Source: Nemertoderma westbladi (taxonomy: Eukaryota > Animalia > Xenacoelomorpha). From it: DNA of 64,000 bases. This document shows, piece after piece, positions 12,891 to 23,205 of this stretch; the stretch's first letter is position 1; each line of letters starts with the position of its first letter. Made by a program: the position numbers and the translations under genes. The stretch spans positions 1 to 64,000 of the forward strand of contig JAUCBJ010000091.1 of the NCBI GenBank assembly GCA_032718475.1. Direction: 5' to 3'. The notes under the pieces are model-generated. The model worked only from the letters and a program-made list of their open reading frames with translations. It had not been told where the DNA came from and searched no databases.

Positions 12891-14067
12891 TGTAAAAGCT
12901 TTTGCGTAATTAACCGGTTATTTTCCCGTAAAGTACTCTGTAGTTGGTTTACCAGGCATAAAAAGGCCGTGTCCTTACTGTACTGGTGTTTTAGAGGACA
13001 TAAAAGTCATTTCTTCTGTATTTGTACTTTAGAGGACATAATCCGCAATCTCGTGACGCAATAAGCTAGATACTCTTGAAAACAGTGTCGCTACCATGAC
13101 GACGGCTAACAGCTGATATTGCCACGTCGACATTTCTTTGTTTCTTTGTTCTCTCGTTGTTCGGTCGACCAATCAGAGCGTTTTTTGTCTCTGTGTTGGA
13201 GGTGGATACAGAAACTCAGTAGTTCAGTGTTATGTTTTTGCCCAGAGCCTAAGAACACCGGCTTTTGGCACCTCCGTGTTTCAGTCTTTAGCTTAACATT
13301 AGTAGGCTTAATTATAGAGTGTATATCTGTTATCATACCAAAACTCAGTTATCTCAGTTAATAATCATAACATATCAAAACAAACCGCATCATTCATACC
13401 TTAACTTTACTGCTTTTACTGTCGGTTATTCATTATATTTGTTGATGAAATATTATATCGGAATACTGATCAATAGTCAGACACCCAACCTTCTTGATAT
13501 ACTAAAGGTTAGAGAGACCGGTTACAGATAAACGATTGCGACCTATGTTAAGTGGTTTGAAGTGAATCTAATGCTATTTCATAGGCCCGACATAAATTGT
13601 ATGTTGCTCTCTTTATACGTGACCAAATTTAGTGAAGGTCGGCAGATTAGTGTGCAGTATTGTGCAGCATTGTGTATGATTGTAACTGATAACAAAGCAT
13701 CTCCTAAAGAATGCGCCATATACATAACTCTATAGCCTTTTTGTTGTGTCTAGTTTAAGTCATAACTCTGTTTACATATTTAGAGCGCCACGTCCTAAAG
13801 GAACTGTTAATATTTCCCGAAAGTGAATAATATTTGTCAGAGATTATATATTACGATCAGTCGAATAATACGGTAGGCTTACACCATCAATCATTAAGCT
13901 TCCGAATTCAGTCTCCCGGGTATATCCAGCGGGTGAATGATTGCGCATAGACTGGCTTCGGCTAATGTAGTGTATCAAATACTCGTCATAGGCTAAAGAC
14001 TATATATCATCTAAAAGACATCCTAATTTGGCAGGTTAAACTGTCAAAGGTCTTAAAAGCGCAAACA
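12891..14067 (+). repeat. 5' LTR of element A
   Basis: TGTAAAAGC...GCGCAAACA; direct repeat of 42986-44162. Confidence 0.97.
13167..13178 (+). promoter_or_regulatory. CCAAT box in LTR U3
   Basis: GACCAATCAGAG in A; AGCCAATGAGAG at the homologous position in B. Confidence 0.55.
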
Positions 14068-14105
14068 ATAACAGATATTGCTTCTGGATTGCGGCGTAAG
14101 CAATC
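13283..14105 (+). ncRNA. Large structured cis-RNA in LTR R/U5 plus PBS (putative self-priming module, possible ribozyme)
   Basis: Many helices with compensatory changes between the A and B LTRs (see findings). Confidence 0.75.
14068..14078 (+). promoter_or_regulatory. Non-tRNA primer-binding site complementary to LTR 13323-13333
   Basis: ATAACAGATAT directly abuts the LTR end; its exact reverse complement ATATCTGTTAT is at 13323-13333; no TGG tRNA-type PBS. Confidence 0.85.
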
Positions 14106-14356
14106 AAGTCTAAAGTACCGGTACCGGTCGAACGGTAACCTGTACTGCTGTAACCAGTAGGCCTGACTGCCTGATCATCCGAACCGGTACTTACAGTACA
14201 GGTACAGCAGTATTATTCGATTGTGGTATTGTATACCGGTAGGCTGTTTAAGAGATTAGGGACTGTACACCCCTTGTTTCTTTTGGGAGCTTACTTATTT
14301 CTGTCAGTTTTATTTATTTGTAGGCCAGTATTGAGCAGAAGGCGTGTAAGCCTGCT

Positions 14357-14934
14357 CAGATTGTACAGATAATTTGTAGGCTTGACTGTTGGCTAACTGT
14401 TGTTAAGTCTGAACAGATTGCAGTGTGTGTAGAGCATCTGTCCGATAAAGTGCTAGTTAGGAAAGTAGGGGCTTCAAGTGCTGTGAGGTAAACCCCCTGT
14501 GAAAGAATAAGTCGTACTACTGGGTTAGAATGCATACTAACTAATCATTTCGGAGTCTGCATATACTGTAGTGTATTTGGGCTTGATAGTAGTCTGCCAT
14601 CGTTTGGTCTGTACTTTGTTTGTGTAGTCTGTACGGGTAGCGTATAATTTTATTTAGATAATTTGTAGGCTGGATAGTTGTTTGGCTGTTGTTGGGTTTG
14701 AGGAAATTTCGGTGTGTGTAGAGCATCTGTCCGATAAAGTGCTAAGTTAGGAAAGTAGGGGCTTCAAGTGCTGTGAGGTAAACCCCCTGTGAAAGAATAA
14801 GTCGTACTACTGGGTTAGAACGCATACTAACTAATCATTTCGGAGTCTGCATATACCGTAGTTTGTTTAGGCTTGATAGTAGTCTGTCAGTATTTGGTCT
14901 GCATTTTGTTTGAATAGTCTGTACGCGTAGCGTA
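14357..14934 (+). repeat. Two tandem copies (period about 289 bp) of a structured 5' leader module
   Basis: Direct repeat 14367-14644 / 14656-14934; also duplicated in B at 24740-25301. Confidence 0.85.
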
Positions 14935-16282
14935 ATATTTATTATTCAGAGTTTATGCGATTATTCGCAACATTCATTCCCCAAGTTTATTCCTACAGTA
15001 ATTGTGTTTGTTATACATACCGTTATAGTTAAACTAACCCCGGTACTACATCAGGGCTGCTCGGCGTAGGTAAAGACTGGAGATTTTATGCTTTGGTCAC
15101 TCCGGCAGATACCGTGGTTCTTTTAGCTGTTCAAGTATTTTTAACTACCGATTATTTGTTGTACAAGTACTTGTACCTAATTTAGGGTTTAGTGTACAGT
15201 ACTTTCCGAAGGTGATTAGTGTGTAGGCAGTGTATTTGTGTTGTAAAGTGGTTAATAGGCACGTTGGTTCTGGTAGACCGCGGTAATTAATCTCTAGGTA
15301 GGAACACTCCGTGATACATAACGTAGTACCTATAGCGATACGGTTATAGGTCGTCAGGCGGTGGTATTTTCCTATCTGGACAACGCAGTATATTTACTAC
15401 TACTTATTATTTTCAAATACCGTAGTAACCTGTCCGTTGTAATAACCAGATATTCTAACCCTTTGTTAGGCTGGTTAGTAGACTTCTTGTAAAAATACCC
15501 TAAAAAATTTGTATTTGTGTATTTGTAATTAAATTTTTGTGTTTATTTAGAGATTGTAATCTCTACCCGAATTGTACGTAACTTGTAGTATTAAGTAACT
15601 TAGGTAAATTAGAATTATTTGTTTTAGTGTCTAACAAGTAGCACTCCACTGAGAGCGCACAGCTTATGTGTAGTGACTCCCCCAGAAATAATAACATTTA
15701 TTTCAAACATTGACAAAAACCCATTTCAACGGGTATATATATATTATAAATCAACTCAAACGATTTATAAATAGTAGGCCTGCCATACAACAATTAGGTC
15801 TCAATATCAGTTGGACTACTGCTTAAATAACAGTAATAAAGTAAGTTAAAGTAACCAAGTAACCCTTAAAATTCAGAAATTCAATTATTTAAAATAATTG
15901 ATATACCGGTATTTACAATAGGCTTACTATCTTTATTTTTATAAATATAGGCTGAAATTATACCGGTATTCTGTAATTAATTCTAGTCTGTAATTGTACT
16001 TGTATTTTCACATTATAAGTGTAAGCTGTATACCGGTATTCAAGATAGGCCTATTATATATATAAACTTAGGCTGAAATAATACCGGTATTCTGCAATTA
16101 ATTCTAGTTACTAATAATACTTATATATACTATAAGCATACCGGTATTCTAATATTATATATATATCACGCTACACTGAGTAGCAGTATCGGTAATTAAT
16201 TACTAGGTTAGCAGTTAATGCTGAATTACTAGACTTGCTTAGACTGTAATATAGCAGTAGGCATTCAACTGTGTAAACAAAC

Positions 16283-19200
16283 ATGTCTGATACTAAGCAG
16301 AACCTGTCAGACAGTTTATTAGATGCAACTATCTGCGACTCAGATAAGGGTGTAGAACCGTCTACACCTAAGTTCAGTTCACCTCCCACTGTGAGGAAGG
16401 TCATCCCTCCAGTAGTAATAACAGAACCTAGGCTGGTCCAACATCGTAGGTCTATCATAGGCACTCGAGCTCAGGTCAAACGGGACCAAGAAGCAGCGGA
16501 ACAGCAACAACCCACGAGCCAAGAACTTATTTCTCAGCGGCCCGACAGCTCCAGTAGTGAGGATCTTGTAGAGCTGACACCCGAGCGCGGAGCAAAGATG
16601 ACGGATGCGGTTTATTCGGATCCCCTTCTCATCCTGCCTGCAGCCGTACTCACTAGGATATTGATCGCGGTGGAAGAACACCAGATCGATTGGGCGAGAA
16701 GTCAGCAATCAACTAAAGATAGTTATGCGGGATACACAAAGGAAGAACTGAAATCTATTGTCGAGTCGCAATGGAACTTCCCCGGACCCGGACTCCCGTT
16801 TGATTTATCAGAAGCTGCCTGGGAAGACATACACCGGATGGGAGTAGCCAAAGAAACCATCGATCCAGCTGTGTGGAAGAGGTCCGCAGCCGGATACGCA
16901 CAGGGATTCTTCAGCTCTATGGAGCGACTAAAATAACAACTGTTTCAACAACCACAAGGACCTCAAGAGCAGGGACAACTGCTTTATCAAGTTAGAGAAA
17001 GAATTCTGCGAATCAAGCTAATCTTATCGGCCTTTGAAGAGGCTTCTAAAAGAAGACAAGACACGTCGTTGCAAGTTGCCGTAAAGACTTGGTTTCAGCG
17101 GGTGAGTCTCCAGGTTCAAGGAACGGCTCAGTGGAAAGCTCAGCTAGAGGAGCGCTCAACCCATGGAGAATCAACAGACGCTACTTTTTCCCAAGTGGAA
17201 AGTGAAGCGACGGCAGAGAACCCGCATAAGAGGGATGCCATTGATATCTATCTGTCAGACTATCAACGTTTCTTAGGTGATGAAGAGTTGAGGAGAAGGT
17301 TGGATGGACTTAACCCTAATAGTGAAGGAGCACAGCGTGTGCTGGATGCCATCGACGTGGATAGGTTAGCGGCGAACCAAGCTAAATTCGATGAACAACT
17401 CCGCATCGCTAGAGTCCAAGAAGAACAGGTGAAGAAAAAACGTATAGAAGACAGAAAGAAAGCAACAGTAGCAGCTGCGGAAGCGGAAAGGAAAGCAGCC
17501 GAAGAGGAAAGTAAAGCAGCCGAAATGGAAAGAAAAGCGGCAGTGGCAGCGGCAGCGGCAGCGGCAGAGGCAGAAGCGAAAAGAAAAGCAGCTGAAATGG
17601 AAAGAAAAGTGGCAATGGCAGCGGCAGAAGCAGAGCGGATAGCGGCTGAAGAGATCGCCCAATTAGAATTGGAAAATATTCAGGAGAATCAAGACTGCAT
17701 AAATAAACAGTTAACAGCTAGTAATATGCAGATGATAAATCGATCTACTCCCAAAAGACAGGGATATACATCATCTGAGGAAGGCGATACCACCGATACT
17801 GAAGGCAAAGGAAATAGATCTCACCTAAGCAGACGTAAAAGAACATCCCACCGTCAGAAATTGCCTGATTTGCCTCCAGCTGTTAGAAGGCAACTAAATA
17901 ACACCAACTTGGGTAGTACAGAACCCACAGACCAAATAATTACAATAGAAAGACTCCCTACTATAGTAGATGAGCCTGAAATAATTAGGCCTGTTCTCGA
18001 AGCCACCCTTTCAGTGGTAGAGACACCTGTACTCCCTGAACCTACCTCTAAATTCCCTTTGCACAGTACCAAGCTACCTGTGCCCAGCAGAACAGCCCAT
18101 GAGACAGTTCATGCCCTGGACCCCGAGCGAAATATTCATGATTTGTCGCCCGTTGTCCCTCGTCCGCCCGCTACAACGTTGGCGAATCCCGCTTCGGCGG
18201 TCGAATGGGTGGATGAGAGACGACGGGGGATGGATCTCCTGCTCGGACAGATGCAGGAGACTGTTCAGCAATTCAAGGGCACAGTAAGGGAAAGTAGGTT
18301 AGAGTTGCAAGAAGTGCAGCAAAGTATCGCGCTAGAACGCGATAAATTAGTAAATACACAAAAGGGTATACCACCACCCCCTGTAACAATGTGTCAACCT
18401 GTTAGGTCTGAAGTATCTCATGCGCAAGGTGTGGACCCTACACGCATCTATACTGCTAGCGAAGTAGAAACTCCTATAGTGAACCCTATTAAGGGTAATT
18501 ATAGACCTGTTGATAATGATATTCCCTATAGACCGGATCATAATCCGAGAAATTTATATACCGATAACTCGATATTAAATAACACGATGGCCCAAGAAAG
18601 TTTTACGCGTCAAATGGCTAGAACCGAAGCCCGGCAAGCGGTAAAGGTGGGAGAGATCGTCAAGTTCAATGGAGATGAGATGAAATGGTTACCTTTTAAT
18701 GAATATTACAAAGATAACATACAGAACTCTGTACTATCTAATGGAGAGAAACTTAGATTCCTCATCGAGTGCTTGGAAGGATCTCCCAAGTTAATGGCGT
18801 TAAAGTTTATTGGACATCCAGATGGATTAAGACAAGTTTGGGATACACTAAACATCAGGTATGGTAATAGGAATAACATAGCTGGGTATTTGTATGCAAA
18901 GTTGGTAGCGCCCCGAAAGTTTATTAGCAGCGGGATTATAGAGTTTTCCGATGAGATTCAGGAGATCTGCAGACAATTAGATTGGCTAGGTAAGTCTCAT
19001 GAGTATCAGAGTGCTATGGTTATTAGAGCAGTGGCTTCTACTTTACCGAAGGGTGGAGTAGGTACACGCTGGGATAAGAAAGTGTTATATATGATGGAAC
19101 AACAACGACGAGACCCTACCATGGCTGATCTCATGTCATTCCTAGATGGAGAAGTGAAATTACAGCTCCTAAAACTGTCCAGAGAGAAGACCCCGGAAAA

Positions 19201-19726
19201 CAAGGTAAGTGAAAAACCCGTCTCTAGGAGAAAGGTAACACCGGTGTGTTATACAGACGACGGCGAAAACCAGACTTCTCAAGGAGAAGATAGCGGGAAA
19301 GACACTGACAGATCTTATTATGTCAATAAAATGCCTAAAGATCAGGTAAGTAAATTCAAGTCTCGAACTAATGACAGGAGAGAACAGGTAAGAAAAACTC
19401 CTCCTACGTCTCCCAAGAGAATTCAGGTGAGAAAGCCCGAAGAAAAAACAAGTGTGCACAATGTTACGCAAAATAAGGTAAGTAACATCAAACCGAAATG
19501 TGCGCTATGTGATGGGACCCATCGCTTGAATACGTGTGATGAATTCCTAAAGAAATCATTAACTGAGAGACGTGAAGTCATGTGGGATAAGCGGTTGTGT
19601 TATAATTGCCTCAGACAAGGACACCAACGGCGAACCTGTTACTCTGACACAAGATGTGCCAAGTGCGGTGCGAAACATCATGTCTTGTTGCACACTGAAT
19701 TCGGCGAAATAGTCCGAGTCAGGTAA
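16283..19726 (+). CDS. Gag of element A (in-frame TAA at 16934-16936, then frameshift relative to pol near 19705)
   Basis: ORFs 16283..16936 and 17069..19726 are in the same frame and colinear with B Gag; KFNGDEMKWLPF (DUF1759-type capsid region) and three Cys-His boxes. Confidence 0.88.
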
Positions 19727-19857
19727 GTGATTCCAAATTACATGTCCAATTCAGTGATGTGAATGACACTGATCAATCTGAGATGGAAGGATTCTATACG
19801 GACGAGTTCTCCGACGAAAACGAATCCTATTACATGATAAATACCACAGTGTATTGA

Positions 19858-22800
19858 GCACTCACGTATGAAAAGGATACGGACAGCGACCTTACCCTAG
19901 CTACTTCTGATCAACAACCATTTTGGAAAGCGCCAACTTCCAATGTAGGGATTAGAGAATTTCCTGTGGTACAGGTAAGGGTCCACGGACCAAAAAGGAA
20001 TTATGTAGTGAACGCCCTCCTTGACTCCGGTAGTACAGGAACATTCATCGACAAAGAGCTAGCCGAAGACATATTTGCTGGACAACCCAAGTTCCGAACT
20101 AAGCTAAACATGTCAGGAATTATGCAGGTTTGGAAATCTACAGTAACAGCGGATTATTATGTAGGTGCGTTGTCCACCCCCCAGGATGAACTAGGAGAAC
20201 ATAGCATAAGGTCAGTGAAAATGGTGGCTATAAAGAACTTCGCTACTACTCAAGCAGACCTTTATAATTGGGACGAGGATGAGAGCATCCAACATCTTAA
20301 GATACCTCGATTCCAGACTGATTATCCTGGAGTGCAAATACTCATCGGCCAAAACGCGCATGAGGCGCTCGAGACACTGGAGAAACGGCCTGCTCAACCG
20401 CAGCCACTACAAACCTATGCGGTAAGAACTAGAGTAGGTTGGTACTTTACTGGCCCTTCCCGTAGAACTCTCATGGAAAGATTACCGAAAGATCAGGTAT
20501 ATCAAGTGCGAGAATGGGAAGTTGAGAACAGTGAGTTCGACGATCCAACTGAGGGAACTCCATACTCCTCAGACAACGACGATATACATCAACTTTTCGA
20601 TGAGGAGAATGCCATCGATCTCCTTAAGGAAAGCGAGACTTGGCAAAATCAAGTGAACTTATGTCAACTCCTTCTCCCATCCGAGCGAGACGACTATAAC
20701 GACGAGCTTAATGACGTCATTGAACGTTATAATGCCAAGACTCGGGATGAACACGCCGTAAGATTCTTTACTCAAGAGGTTGTAGAGCCCAACTCCTACG
20801 ATAAGGCCCTATCGGTGGAGGAAGAAAGAGCCAAGCAGATCCAAGCGACAACTACTCGTTTTCTTAAAGATCAAGGTAGATATGAGATCGGTCTTCCTTT
20901 CCGAAAGCGAGAACCAAAGTTCATTAACAACAGACCTTTGGCGGAGAAAAGAATTGCTCAACTACATCGACGCCTTACGGCAAATTCTTCAGCTAAAGAA
21001 ATGTATCAAACGCAGTTGAAGAAGTTTATTAGTAAGGGATATGCGGAGCTAGTACCGGAAGAAACACCTATAACTGAGAGAACGTATTATTTAACTCACC
21101 ATTACGTTCCCAAACCCGGTAAACCCCATGAAGTACGAGTGGTGTTTGACGGTTCCGCCCTTTATATGGGCCAATCTCTTAATTCTGAATTGTTACCCGG
21201 ACCCAACTTACTAGAATCCTTGTTCGGAATACTATTAAGATTAAGACAATATTCCATTGCTTTCGCCTCAGATATAGAAGGCATGTTCTTACAAGTCAAA
21301 GCGCTGGATAGGGATCGAGATAGCCTACGATTTTTGTGGTGGCCTGAAGGAGACCTCAACAAGAAACCGGTGGAGTACTGGATGACCATCCAAGCCTTTG
21401 GGATAATCTCGAGCCCTTCAAACGCCTGTTCCGTGGTGCGCACCACTGCGGATGACAACCGAGACGCCTTCTCTAAAGAGGTGATCGACAATATCAAACG
21501 AAACATCTACATGGACGATAATCTGAAGTCCCTTCCATCAGTCGAAGAAGCCACTGCGGTCGCTGAAGGAACGGTAGAATGCTTAAAGAAAGGTGGATTT
21601 CGATTAACTAAATTCACTAGCAACTCCCGTGAGTTTCTGGAGTCGATCCCGGTAGAAGATCGAGGAGCAAAAGACCTAGATCTAATAAAGGATGATCTCC
21701 CAGAAACTAAGACCCTTGGTTTGAAATGGGACACAGAAAGAGATATCCTGTTTTTCCAATTAAAACAGCGAGATAATCCAGTTCGGACTAAACGGATTTG
21801 TTTAAGTATCCTGAGCACTTATTTCGATCCATTGGGATTTATTAGCCCAGTTATATTGATTGCTCGGAGTTTAGTACAACAAATGTGGCTTGAAAACCAC
21901 TCATGGGACGATCCACTTAAGGGAGAATTATTAAAGAAGTGGATGAAATGGGAAGATTCTCTACCAGCCATCGAAAACTTTATAATTTCCCGTTCATATT
22001 TTGGTCATGTTCTCCCTACGTATTCATATCAACTCCATGTGTTTGGAGACGCCAGCGATATGGGAATAGGTATAGTAGCCTACCTAAGGGTGGAAACTCC
22101 GGACGGAATCAAAGTCGCCTTGATTACCTCTAAGGCATTGATAAACAACAAGTTGAAGGTTCCTCGAGCGGAGTTAAAAGCGGCTCTATACGCTACAGCC
22201 ATCGGCCGGAATGTAACAGAACAGATCGACTATCCCCTGGAGAAAACTGTCTATTGGACCGACGCTTTACTCGTGTTGGAGTATATAACCAATGAAGTCT
22301 GTCAGTTCAGCGTCTTCGTTACCAACAGAGTAGCTATTATACTCAGTCGCACGACGATGGATCAATGGAGACATTGCCCCGGAACGATTAATCCAGCGGA
22401 CATCGCTTCCAGGGGAGCAACTCCACAAGAACTGGTAGATACTCCAGACTGGTTAGGTGGACCCGACTTCCTCTACAAAGAAGAAGAAGAATGGCCTCCT
22501 CATCTTACTACAGCAGAAATTAGACAGGCCAAGGGAGCGGAGAAAGTCAAGCCTAAAACTCAGGCGAGTAAATCGAAGTTATTCAAACCCACAGTAGATC
22601 TGTCTGTCCTACATACTTCCGGAGACGACGCTTTGGATCAGAAACCCACAGCCACAAATAAACCCGTTGTGGAAATCCGTGATAAGGATTGGAAATCTGG
22701 CATACCAGACGTCTCGCAAGGACTCTCACCTCTTCTGCAGAGAGCGATACATCACTACAGTTCCTGGAATCGGCTCTGTAAGGCCGTTACATATTTAAAG

Positions 22801-23205
22801 AGATGTTTTCACCATCACTACTCTGGGATGAAAACAAAGGGTGATACCGCTCCAATCACATCAGTGCAGGTCCATGTTATTAAAGATCTTCCCAAACATA
22901 AGATACCCGACAGGTTTCTGAAGGAGAAGATCAGTTATCAGGAGCATGAAGAAACCAACAAACAGATGCTGAGACTCTTACAATGCTATGAAGATTCCGA
23001 TAAGTATTTCCTGTTGTTGAGAAATCCACAGATGCGCTTAAGGGATCGTTTCTCTAGCACAAGGATAGATGGGTTGATACGTGTTGGAGGAAGGTTAACG
23101 AATGCCCCATTATCCTTTGATACTAAGTTCCCCATACTCATTAGAAATCTTGAAATACAAGTCAAGATGATTGTAGATGTTCACAGCAAACTTTATCATG
23201 CTGGT
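19858..23205 (+). CDS. Pol of element A: protease, reverse transcriptase, RNase H, start of integrase (interrupted by nested element)
   Basis: ALLDSGS; VRVVFDGS, SLNSELLPGPNL, DIEGMFLQV, YMDD; FDPLG, FGDAS, VPRAEL, WTD, NPADIASRG. Confidence 0.95.

Noticed and set aside
13106-13531. Short ORFs inside LTRs (also 23461-24196, 43201-43626)
   Set aside because: Not conserved in frame between the A and B LTRs; the substitution pattern follows base pairing, not codons.
13836-13865. Group I intron R/S-like motifs (TCAGAGATTATA, AGTCG)
   Set aside because: There is no room for P3/P8 between them and the G-binding P7 pairing fails; kept only as a weak alternative to the RNase P-like reading.
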